The translations under genes and the position numbers were made by a program. From assembly GCA_965112155.1 (NCBI GenBank), contig OZ218101.1: a stretch of DNA of 64,000 bases, one strand, 5' to 3'. The DNA is from Podarcis liolepis (lineage: Eukaryota). Below, in pieces: positions 10,870 to 22,360 of the stretch; within the stretch, counting starts at the first letter, position 1, and each line of letters begins with the position of its first letter. Below the pieces are notes generated by a model that did not search any database, was not told the DNA's origin, and saw only the letters and a program-made list of their open reading frames with translations.

Positions 10870-13307
10870 GTCTCTAGCACTAATTGTCAGGGAGAAAATG
10901 TAGAGAGCCAAGCAGTTGCTAAAGCATAAGGCATTTCAATATAATGTGATCTGTTTTTAATATCTGATTGAAGTGTTGATATAGTGAATGTTTTTAAAAA
11001 ATAAAATGAAAAGAAAAGAAAACAAATCTGGTGATACCCAGTGTGCAAAATAAAATTCTCAGCCTGTGACTCACTGCCTGAAGAGTTCAACTGCCTTATC
11101 TACAAACCTGTTCCTTGCACTTCAGCCTGTGACATGTACACAAGGGGACATAGGTGGCGTTGATCCAAATGTTGCAGCTGCACTCATATGCTAACAAAAA
11201 CTACTTTAGGATTTCTTTCTTTTCATGTAACCAACCACACTACTTACACGGCACGACAAATTTTAAAGGTGTTATTCAGAAATTGAGTACATTAGGAGTT
11301 ATTGGCCTAGAGGCGGTAAAGGGTTTCTCGTCCTGTGACTAAAACCTGCAAATGTGCAGGATTTTGTCGATTGGAAAATCTTGTGAGAAATAGAGCTTCA
11401 TATTGATTAAGGTTCATTATCATTAACACATTTGATAATTAGACATTGACTGTGTGGAGGCTGTAACTGCTTCTTTAAATTATTTACAGGGATACAATAT
11501 TATCTGTATTAAACCTTAGTCCAGCAATAATACTTACTATGTTGTTGTTTTTTTAATGTCATTGATGTGCTATTCCTTTTAATTCTCTGTGAATGTGGCA
11601 GGTGGTGGTATAAGAGGAAAGTCATAAGAAGCAATTTGGATTTTTGGCGATTTTTTATTTTTAAAGAGCAATTTCCATAATATTAACACTTTTCAGCAAA
11701 TTCCAGGAAACATTTTGATATGATTTACCAAAAACAGTTTTTGCATCAGGGATGTGACAGCAACTAATCTGCATTTCCTAAGAGTGGGAAATGGAATCAT
11801 ATTAGATATAAATGTAATGCAAAAAAGTTAATGCAACATTGTGGGAGCGAATTTAAATGCACAATAGTCAGGATATTCAAAGTTGTGGTTCCCACAGCAA
11901 CTGTAGCTGAGGCTTTATTTGAACTATAGCTCCATGTATTTTTATTATGATGCCTCAAATATGTGTCCCTTGACCCCTCAAGTCAAAGAGAATATAAAGT
12001 TTTGCAGGAAATAATAATAATAATAATAATAAATCTCCACAATGGAGTGGAGAAACATTTAAATTTTTAATTATAATATTTGTGCAGGCCTTTGGTATAA
12101 AATAAATGAATGACTGGCTAATGTTAATTGACAGATGCAGATCTATAATGTCCTTTTGTTTGAAATCAGGGCTGTCAAAGAATTACAGGCTTTCTTGATA
12201 TACCATCTTGCTTTTAACTGATTGATAAATTAACAAGTTAAAAGATTTTTTTATTGCATTTCAATGCACATGATAGTTTGAGGCTATTGAAGGAAGTTTC
12301 CCACTAATGAAAAAAAAAAAACCCACTTTAGTTGAAGTGAGAAATTATCTCTACCATATTAGTTGGAATGGGAGAGTAATATAGATTGTTTACATCTGCG
12401 TTGCCAGGCCTGGAAAACCAATTTTATTAAACCAAGGAGTTCAATTAAAAAAAACTTTTTATAAAAAGCCCATTTGAATTCCTTTGCAAATAGGTTAATT
12501 GCCTATTTTTTACCAATTCTTGAAATGCAGATTGAATAACTGGTACAATTATTTGGAGCAGCAGAATAAGAAAAGGGAAGTTGAAGATGTGTTGTGGCTT
12601 TCCATGGAAAGCAATGGCTGATGAGCAAGGTCATTTTGCTGACTTCCTTCCAGCAGCATCAGCAAGGGAAATGGATAACCTTTGAAATTTGATCATTCAG
12701 TGCTCAGCATACACAGCATACACCTCTTCTTGAAACAAGAGGTTTGTGTTGTCATATTCAGTAACAATATACAGAAATACATTCCACTGAAAGCGACATT
12801 ATTTAAAAATGTAATGAGAGCCCAGTTGGGTCAGACCAAAGTCCAACAATCTGTTCCCGCAGTGGCCAACCAGATACCTATAGGAAGCCTATCAAACAAG
12901 ATCTCGAAGCAACAGAACTCTCCTGTTCATATTTACCTGATACAGGTGTTTAGAGGCATATTTCATTTACTTCCAGGTGAAGTATAGGGATCTGGTAGTG
13001 GGTGATATTCTTGTGGATCAGTGGCTAAGAAAAGAATAAGAAATTTATTTTGAGGGTTTGTTATGCAGTCGTTTTCTGAAGAGCACTGGTTAGGAGTCCT
13101 CACATCTCCTCCTGATGTTTCGCTGTAATCATCAAAGGCAGGCTAATCAAGCTCCCCATACCCAGTTCATACATTCACTGAAAGCAGTGGCCACACACTA
13201 TCCTCATGGGTGTTTTTCCGGGGGGGGGGGGCAGTTGTTGAGATTTCTCCTGACATTTTACAGCAATATTCCAGATATATCCAGGAAATTCCAGGCATAT
13301 GGCAACC

Positions 13308-13860
13308 CTATTGTGTGGGGCTACACTTAGGGTGGGACCGGAGGCTGCAGGTGGTGCAGAACACAGCAGCTAAATTGTTTGTGAGATCTGCCAACCTGCG
13401 ACTGGGCCAAGTTCCAGGTGTTGGTACTAAAATATGAGACCTTATACAGCTCAAGACCAGGTTACTTGAGAGACTGCCTTATCCCTTTTATGTTCAGTAA
13501 ATCATGGCTATCTGTAGGAAGGTTTCTCCTGCAAGTTCCAAAGATCTCAGAAGCCTACTCTGCCCGAACTTGGAGCACGTTTTTTTATTGTGGCTGCCCC
13601 TCTTCCATGGAACAGCATTCCTGCTGCAATACAACAGGCACCCACTATCTGTGCTTTCCGGAAACAATCGAAGGCTGTTGCGATAGGCTTTCCCAGCTGG
13701 AGAAATGGGTCTTTACCATGAGTGTCCACTGGTTGGAATTTTAAGCTTGTTTTAAATGTATTTGCTATTCTTGTGTTTTAAACTGCTTTTAATTACCTTT
13801 AGCAGGAAATTGTTTAGAAGGTGATTAATAAATCAGTAATAACAATATTAATAATAACTG
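13308..13860 (+). mobile_element. Old L2 LINE 3' fragment
   Basis: Degenerate L2 motifs RRLQVVQNTAAKL and VLVLKYETLYSSRPGYLRDCL, a T-rich UTR and an AATAA tail. Confidence 0.7.
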
Positions 13861-14891
13861 ATACACAGTGTGACTATTCGTCTAAGAAATGCCAGGGTTG
13901 GCCCTACCGCTTCTCTTGGGGGCCAGATTGGGAGAAGACCCCTTTGCTGCCATCTCCCCGAGCCTCCATTATGTTGCTGGAACAAATCTACTCCTGCCAG
14001 TCATCTGCACACCAAATTTACTTCTCATCTAGAGGAGCTAGGTTGGCAGGCAGCTGGAGCATTGAACTAAGCACCAGCCAGGCCTAAGAGTTGCCTGGCA
14101 AAGTCCTGCAAGGCTTAGTGAAATTTTGCAAGACTTAGGTGAAGTATCACAATACAAGGGGCATCTTCTTGGCCATGATGCAGACACTGTGGTACGCTGA
14201 AGCTGCTGTTTGCCACATAGAGCTGCCATTGGGCTTGTTAGGCTTCAATGGGATTTTCTGTATTGAAGCCTTAGTGGGTAGGTAGGTTTGCTAAATTTTA
14301 AGAAACAAATCTTCCTTCCTTCCTTCCTTTTTTATTTTAAGAAAAGTATGTGTGTGTTAGTGGGAGAGAAAAAGAGAGCATTTTCTGTGTGGAGTCCACA
14401 GCAACATTAGTTATTGTGAAAAATCTCAGCACTGTTTGGTGTTTTTTTTGGGGGGGGGGGTTTAAGCTGCTTTTGCTTCACACATGTGCAAAGTTTTTGT
14501 GTCAGCGTCACGAGGATAAGTTCTTTATTTGTATGTTTGTTTGATTGTTTACGTTGGTAGTGTGAGACCTGTAGAAATGACTCTATGAATTGAAAACAGA
14601 GACGTATGTGCCCTTGTTACCCATGAAAATCTTTCAAGAGACACATTAAAAAAATAATGAACTGCTTTCTGCAAATGAAAGGTGGGCTTTGGACTTTGGT
14701 GAATCTCACTTAAAAAGCTTTTCAACCCTGTCCTCTTGAAATTTGCAGTGGTACCCTTATGAATCACACTAATTTCCAGTTACTACACTTTTGCCACTGC
14801 TTGGAATTTTATACAGTATTTCATACCATTAAATTACAGATTTTTAAAAACTCAGTATTATGTTTACAATGATAGCAACCTTGCTAAGTAT

Positions 14892-15198
14892 CTGATCGGA
14901 AGGTCGGCGGTTTGAATTCCCGCGACTGGGTGAGCTTCCGTTGCTCTGTCCCTGCTCCTGCCAACCTAGCAGTTCGAAAGCACATCAAAGTGCAAGTAGA
15001 TAAATAGGTACCACTCCGGCGGGAAGGTAAACGGCATTTCTGTGTGCTGCTCTGGTTCGCCAGAAGCAGCTTAGTCATGCTGGCCACATGACCCGGAAGC
15101 TGTACGCCGGCTCCCTTGGCCAATAAAGCGAGATGAGTGCCGCAACCCCAGAGTCGGCCATGACTAGACCAAATGGTCAGGGGTCCCTTTACCTTTAC
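14892..15198 (+). mobile_element. Sauria SINE, 5'-truncated
   Basis: Diagnostic CCTAGCAGTTCGAAAGCAC..GTGCAAGTAGATAAATAGGTACC..CATGCTGGCCACATGACC body and an (ACCTTT)n tail. Confidence 0.93.
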
Positions 15199-15235
15199 GA
15201 GGGAAATAAATGGTGTTCGGTGTCCGTCTTTTCTC

Positions 15236-15287
<52 letters not shown>
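15236..15287. repeat. (TA)n(GA)n compound microsatellite
   Basis: Read directly. Confidence 0.95.
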
Positions 15288-15289
<2 letters not shown>

Positions 15290-17208
15290 CGTTATATAGT
15301 AATATTCACTCTTTTGGAACTGGCAAAAAGGCCTATTTGTCCAAAGGAAGCAATAAAGCTTAAAAATGTGTTTTAGTTTATGGGGGTACATGGGAAGGGA
15401 GTGCTTTTCCCTCAGTGATTTGTACAGAAATGCAAGGTGAGACCTCCAAGACTACAATGCTTATTTTACATAAAGCAACGGGTTGGTCTTTAAATAGCAA
15501 TCTCAGAAGCGCAAAGCATTTTTTTATCCATTAAGTTACTTAAGCATCCACTACATTTTTTTATGAAAATTATTTTCCCCCAGAGGAGAGTCTAATACAA
15601 AGGTATTTCAGCAAAGAGAGAAAAGATAGAAGTATCTGCAGCAAATAATAACCTTCTATGGCTACTTGATAATTTAGGGGAAATTGTACATTATGGTTGT
15701 GAGGTTTTGAGAAGTACTGAGGTATCTGCAAAATACCAGCATAGGATTAGGTGCTTGCGACATTGTTTTCTGTTGCAGGGAGAGTGGCAAATTATTCGTT
15801 TTCTTAAAGATGGGCTGCACCCCCCAAAATTATCCCAAATCCCCCGCTAAACTTTTTCAGGAGATGAATCGTCTCACAGAAGTGGGTGAAGATACTCAGC
15901 TTGGCTTACCCCTAAAGTGGGTGGTAGTTGTTCTTGTGTTTCAGCTTAAGCAACATTTGATGGTTCAGCCCCCTCTACCTAAATGTCCAAGGAATTTTGA
16001 GGGACGCTGAAAGGGTTTCAGCAAGGCTAGAAATATTTCTTAGAAGCACCTGACACATTGCAATCTGGTACATTGCCACAGGTGAAAGAACAAGCACAGG
16101 CAACAAAAACCAATATCGTTATGGTATTGTTGGCAGGGGGAAAGGTCTCAAACATGGAGTAGTTTCTAAGCAGTCCAAATTTGGACAACCTCTCTAATAA
16201 TGGGAAGTACTGGCCCAAGCTTCCCAACAAAGGGGAAAAGGCAAGGATAAGAACTTGCTGTGGGCAAAAGGTTTAGTGCTGAAGAGGTTTTACATTCTTA
16301 GTCTAATCTGAGACCACTTCACTATAGTTCGGTAAATAGATGTGGAGTGTTGGCATGCCAAATAGATTTAAAAAAGAAAAAAAAGTAGCCTATTTAAGAT
16401 TAAAGAAATAGCCAGGCCTTCCAAATCAAAGTGTGAGTGTGTGTGAAGTCTAAGTTCTTTTACTTGTGGGCTGGCACTGCCTCCTTTTTCAAAATAGAAT
16501 TCAGATGAACCGAGAATGCCTTTAGAACTGTCAGCCCAAAGTGTGAGAATGATAAACGGCTTTGGCCTTGATAATTTTTATTAAGCACTAAATGTCACAT
16601 TTAACCTGCATTACTGAAAGCAATTACCCGTGTATCAACAGTCAAGCAGTGCAGAGCTAGTTGCCTGAAGCGGCAGTATTATGCTCCATCTGGGAATAAG
16701 GATTTTCAATTAGGAGGCAAATAGCTGGAGAGGGGATCAAGTCCTCCTGTGGCTCCCAGAGGAGGCCTATGAGAAGTAAAGTCTTCATATCCAAGTAATC
16801 GCAGGCAATGTCAACAGAGCATTCCAAACCATCTGCTGCCAGCGCAGCGTTTACTTTATCAAATCTCAATATTTACAGAATGATGATCAGCTCCTGGGAC
16901 CAAGATGGCTCGCTGCCAGGGTGTTCTGGGAAATTCATTTTAAGGTGTGTTTCAGTAGGCTAATTAATTTACAAGCACCTGTTTCATCAGTGGGAGCTGT
17001 TAGTGCGCTAGATGAGCTACAGCAGGGGATGGAGACTTTATCTGAGCTAAATTGATTTCAATTGATTTTCATTTGTTGATGGTACAGTGGTAGGGGGAAA
17101 GTCTCTAACTTTTCTTTTTTTAGCAGCACATAAGCATTTCTGATTGCTGCTGGTGGCTTTTTAAACTGATTCAGAATCATAATGGTTTTTTGTATATGAA
17201 TGTATGCG

Positions 17209-17743
17209 TAATAATAATAATAATTTTATAATAAGAATAATATATTTATAATATAAATTTATTATTATATTTATAATAATAAATATTTTTATTTATACCC
17301 TGCCCTCCCCGGCCAGAGCTGGGCTCAGGGCAGCTAACACCAGTAAAATTACAAAAAAACGTTATGGGGGGGGGGGACCCAATTTAAAATACAGGTTAAA
17401 AATACAATTTAAAATGCAGCCTCATTTTAATAGTAGCCCATAGATCAAAACCATAAGGGGAGGGAAACATAAGGGTCAGACTGAGTCCAAACCAAAGGCC
17501 AGGCGGAACAGCTCTGTCTTGCAGGCCCTGCAGAAAGATGTCAAGTCCCGCAGGGCCCTAGTCTCTTGTGACAGAGCGTTCCACCAAGTTGGGGCCAGTA
17601 CTGAAAAGACCCTGGCCCTAGTTGTGACCAATCTAACAACCTTGTGACTTGGGACCTCCAAAGTGTTGTCATTTGTGGACCTTAAGGTCCTCTGCGGGGC
17701 ATACCAGGAGAGGCGGTCCTGTAGGTATGTGGGTCCTAGGCTG
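17209..17743 (-). mobile_element. L2 LINE 3' end with AT-rich tail
   Basis: ORF 17476..17796 (LGPTYLQDRLSWYAPQRTLRS..RARVFSVLAPTWWNAL..FCRACKTELFRLAF) is an L2 ORF2 C-terminus. The degenerate TAA-rich tail lies at about 17209-17295. Confidence 0.88.
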
Positions 17744-17905
17744 AATACACAGGAACAAAAGTGTGCATAACATGCACACACATGCACACTTTCCAAAGAT
17801 AATGCATTTATGGTTGGTTGCCAGTATACATTCTGTATATTTTCAGTTACAAAAATCCTTTACAAGAAAATTGGTTCTAAAATACACTTTCTTTTGTAGC
17901 GGTAT

Positions 17906-17983
17906 CAGAGCAACTGATACCAGCCAAAATGTAAATCAGCCAGATTTTCCATGATTTTCTTACAATTGGGCTGGGGAAATGCT
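17906..17983 (+). repeat. 78-bp direct repeat, copy 1 (partner 20325-20402)
   Basis: Ungapped manual alignment gives 5 mismatches in 78 bp. Confidence 0.92.
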
Positions 17984-17987
17984 AATA

Positions 17988-18075
17988 GCGCAAACCTAAC
18001 TATGCCTATTCATAAATTAGTCCTGTTAAATTGAGTAGGGCTTAATTCCAAGTGAGTGGGGTTAGGACTGCAGCC
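17988..18075. mobile_element. Short hairpin MITE-like repeat (GCAATCCTA...TAGGATTGCAGCC family)
   Basis: Imperfect inverted ends GCAAACCTAAC / GTTAGGACTGC. Related degenerate copies lie near 8950-9019, 19862-19950 and 43008-43081. Superfamily not assigned. Confidence 0.55.
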
Positions 18076-18345
18076 TAAGATATTGTGGCAGTTTTGCAAC
18101 ATTTCTTCTTTGATTCTATAAATTTGCAGAGAATCTTGTGTAGCTTTTTGACCACATGCCTGGCTGGATTTTGGGGATGGAATGGATTCAGTACTAAGCC
18201 AGGCAGATGTATTTTCAGGCAGGCAGATGTTACTTGGAAGGTTTATCAGCGGCTACTCACCAAATTGCCTGTGGTGAATAATCTGTAGGCAACTGGCAAG
18301 GAACTTTCCAAATGTTAGTTCTATTTTCCTTTCCTTTAAAAATAA

Positions 18346-18841
18346 TTGTTGTTATTGTTTAGTCGTTTAGTCGTGTCCGACTCTTCGTGACCCCATGGAC
18401 CAGAGCACGCCAGGCATTCCTGTCTTCCACTGCCTCCCACAGTTTGGTCAAACTCATGCTGGTAGCTTCGAGAACACTGTCCCACCACCTCGTCCTCTGT
18501 CGTCCCCTTCTCCTTGTGCCCTCCATCTTTCCCAACATCAGGGTCTTTTACAGGGAGTCTTCTCTTCTCATGAGGTGGCCAAAGTACTGGAGCCTCAGCT
18601 TCACGATCTGTCCTTCCAGTGAGCACTCAGGGCTGATTTCCTTCAGAATGGAGAGGTTTGATCTTCTTGCAGTCCATGGGACTCTCAAGAGTCTCCTCCA
18701 GCACCATAATTCAAAAGCATCAATTCTTTGGCGATCAGCCTTCTTTATGGTCCAGCTCTCACTTCCATACATCACTACTGGGAAAACCATAGCTTTAAGT
18801 ATACAGACCTTTGTTGGCAAGGTGATGTGTCTGCTTTTTAA
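18346..18841 (-). mobile_element. BovB (RTE clade) LINE 3' fragment
   Basis: ORF 18548..18820 (TKVCILKAMVFPVVMYGSESWTIKKADRQRIDAFELWCWRRLLRVPWTARRSNLSILKEISPECSLEG) is BovB ORF2. The 3' end is GGGGTCACGAAGAGTCGGACACGACTAAACGACTAAAC(AAC)n. Confidence 0.96.
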
Positions 18842-20324
18842 AAAAAATATAAGGTTACAAATATATACAGCACAAAAGCCACCCAGAGTGGCTGTGGGAA
18901 ACCCAGTCAGATGGGTGGGGTATAAATAATAAACTTCTTCTTGTTGTTGTTCTTTGTTGTTGTTAGCATATGCATTTGTTAGGCCATGATCTAGTATGTG
19001 TGGTCACTTTGAAGTGATGAAGGGCAGTCTAAAAACCAATCAGTAGGCAGAAGTGTTATATGAGCTGCCAAAAACTCATACACCCATGAAGGCGATGAAA
19101 AAGTGTTGTTGTTTTTTAAAAAAGCTGAAAAATAGAGGAATGTATGAGAGTGCTCTTCCATCCTCACTTCAGCCCTGCTTGCGAGAGCTTTTCAGCACGT
19201 TGGATGAGACAATCCTCTCCTTTCATGCTACCTTTATGGTTGCAGCATTAGAATAATCTATGGCTGGTCGGGGCGTTTTGAGAAAACTCAAAGGAGAGAA
19301 GACGAACACATTGTTCCCAGCTGGGGATGGCTCGACTAGCGGATAAGGCATTAGGCTGGATCCTTAGTCAGGTGTATACCCTGTTAACGTGGTCCAAGAC
19401 TCCAGTTCCAGGTCCAGGCTACACAAGGAATGCTGGACACACACAACTGAAAACATTATGTACTGAAACAATATGCTGAATATTTATACAGTTGAATTAA
19501 AGTCATAGCTGAAACTTACAGAAACCCCCAATGAAGGGCATGGGTGTGGAAGGAATCAGTCAAGTCATTTGGATGGGAACGCCATAGCGAAAATGTACAA
19601 ATAGAAATAGACGATAGTGACGTCGTTCCAACTATAGTTGAAGCTGCTAAGCACCAGGTTGGATTCTAATGAAAGTAGACCCACTGAAATCAGTGGGATT
19701 TATGTCTAACTTTTGAGCTCCATTGAGTCCAATGGATCTACTCTAAGCATTATTAAATCTGGATCCAACCCATTATAGAGGGAGTTGTCTGAAGCAAATT
19801 CTCAAGGAACCATTTCCATGAAGTATATTGTGATATGTAACTCCACCAGTATTCACAATGCTTCAGAATGCAATCGAGTTCATGCTTACTTGGAATTAAG
19901 TATTGTTCAATGCACTGGAACTTACTTCTGAGTAGGCATGAATACAAGGAAGCTTAGAGTGTACTTTCCATTAATGTGTAGCCATTATTGCTTTAACTTT
20001 CCATCACATTTAAGAAAACCTGTAAATTCAGCAATTCAGAGTCTTGTTCTGGAAAGCTTAGGAATACTTTCAAAGAATCAACATACTTTCAGTGAATTTA
20101 CTCTGGATTAGCAACTTTCCATTGTTGTTGCACGTGTACCAATGCACAGAATTATGTCTTGTCACAGAAAAAGCAGTATCTGGCTTTTTTGTGATGTGGC
20201 AAAACACATGTGTGCAGAATGGAGAGTTAGGACTGCATAAATCCTCATACTCATGCATGAAAAAACAATCATGAAACATATGGGGCCCTCAATTAAAACA
20301 AATAACCGGCAAATAAATGAAGAG

Positions 20325-20402
20325 CAGAGCAACTGATATCAGCCAAAATGTGAATCAGCCAGATTTTCCATGATTTTCTTACACTTGGGCTGGGAAAACG
20401 CT
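20325..20402 (+). repeat. 78-bp direct repeat, copy 2 (partner 17906-17983)
   Basis: See copy 1. Confidence 0.92.
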
Positions 20403-20577
20403 TCAGACTAGCACTGATCCCATAGTGAAATGGTAGCATAGAGATGTTCCTGAGAAATTAATTGTTCCATTTGTTTTGTAAGATTTTATTCTAAGGATGG
20501 CATAGAATTCTGTAGTCTTACTGATGATAGCTGCGATTTGTTACAGCTTTTTCGTAACATTGGTTTAAGTTCTAATG

Positions 20578-20763
20578 CTGGGGTAGTCGACCTTTTTATA
20601 CCTACCACCCACTAATGCATCTTTCTTGATCTTAAAATTTCTTTACCTCCCACCAGTGCTCGATGGAAGGAGGATTCAGCTTGTGCCATAGAACCCCCTG
20701 CCACCCACCTAGAATCCTGAAATGCCCACTAGTGGGTGGCAGGGACCAGGTTGACAACCCCTG
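20578..20763. mobile_element. hAT (Charlie-type) MITE, 186 bp
   Basis: TIRs CTGGGGTAGTCGACCT / AGGTTGACAACCCCTG; perfect 8-bp TSD TTCTAATG at 20570-20577 and 20764-20771. Confidence 0.9.
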
Positions 20764-20995
20764 TTCTAATGTATTGCACGATAGTGATGTCCTTCTGGCA
20801 ATGTTAACTTCTCTTTCTCCTCTTCTTTCCCTTTATGGTGGTGGTGGCCCCCAGGGGGGAGGCAATAAGTGCAGAAAGGCTGCCTGGGGTCAGCCGACTC
20901 ACTTCCTCCCTCCCACTTGTTCAGTAAATGAGCCGGGCTGCCCACTGGCTTACTCAGCCAGACTGGGGTCGTAGGCTTCCCCTTACCCCTTACTT

Positions 20996-21247
20996 GAGAG
21001 CCAGTGTGGTGTAGTGGTTAAGAGCAGTGGACTCGTAATCTGGTGAACCAGGTTCGATTCCCTGCTCCTCCACATGCAGCTGCTGGGTGACCTTGGGGTA
21101 GTCACACTTCTTTGAAGTCTCTCAGCCCCACTCACCTCACAGAGTGTTTGTTGTGGGGGAAGAAGAGAAAGGAGAATGTTAGCCGCTTTGAGACTCCTGA
21201 AGGGGAGTGATAAAGCGGGATATCAAATCCAAACTCTTCTTCTTCTT
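20996..21247 (+). mobile_element. Squam3-like SINE, young copy
   Basis: Near-identical to 3267-3521; B box GGTTCGATTCC at 21051-21061; (CTT)n tail. Confidence 0.9.
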
Positions 21248-22004
21248 ACCCTCTGTGCGTCCACCAGCATGATGATGGGCCAATAAGGATATAATAATAG
21301 AGGGAGAGGGAGATAATGCAATTGGAAATAAAACAGGAAAAAGAAACAACAATAACTCACATTAACAACCAGAATAATCCAGCAATGTAAACATATACAT
21401 TAATACAAGCACTCCATATGTCCAAATAGATACCCAAACAGAATTGATATACACTATAAGATATACATTCAAATATGGAAAGGGCAGTGAGATCTTGAGA
21501 CCATTGAGTAATGGATGGTCTCGAAGCATACGTCTCTTTACAACCATAAGTGTTTGCACGATTTACCTTTGTTGTCTTTTTGTCAGCCCCTACATCACAG
21601 GAATATAATTTACAAGTGCATTAATATCTGCAGATATCAATGATTTTTACAAAACAAAGCAATAATTTCTGATCAGTTTCTGGCACCTGAGGACACACCT
21701 ACATCATATGCCTCAAAGAGACATTATCAGCTCTACATTGCCGTATCTATCTGAACTGCAAATTCCTTCTTATTAAGATGCAGTGGAGTTTAATATACCC
21801 AAAATAACCAACGTATGTTGAACCAATTTTCAATCGAAAGAAACAGTTCATAAAGATGCTAAAGAAACTTCTCATTAATCAGGCTGTGTGGAACACTCTT
21901 AACTCCCTCTTCCATTCACCTCTAAGATCCTGAATGTCCACTTTACAACATTCCAATAAACATAAGCAGTTACTGCCTATTTAACGTTCTGTAGAGGTCA
22001 AATT

Positions 22005-22360
22005 GGGACGCAGGTGGCGCTGTGGTCTAAACCACTGAAACTAGGGCTTGCTAATCGGAATGTCAGCGGTTCGAATCCCTGCGACGGGGTGAGCTCCCGT
22101 TGTTTGGTCCCAGCTGCTGCCAACCTAGCAGTTCGAAAGCATGTCCAAGTGCAAGTAGATAAATAGGTACCGCTCTGGCGGGAAGGTAAACGGCATTTCC
22201 GTGTGCTGCTCTGGTTTCCCAGAAGCGGCTTAGTCATGCTGGCCGCATGACCCGGAAGCTGTACGCCAGCTCCCTCGGCCAATAAAGCAAGATGAGCACT
22301 GCAACCCCAGAGTTGTTCACAACTGGACTTAACTGTCAGGGGTCCTTTACCTTTATCTTT
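22005..22360 (+). mobile_element. Full-length Sauria SINE
   Basis: tRNA head with A box and B box GGTTCGAATCC (22068-22078), ACCTTT tail, and a perfect 13-bp TSD TAGAGGTCAAATT at 21992-22004 and 22361-22373. Confidence 0.96.

Noticed and set aside
18387-18929. Longest ORF in the track (180 aa)
   Set aside because: It is the antisense frame of the BovB fragment.
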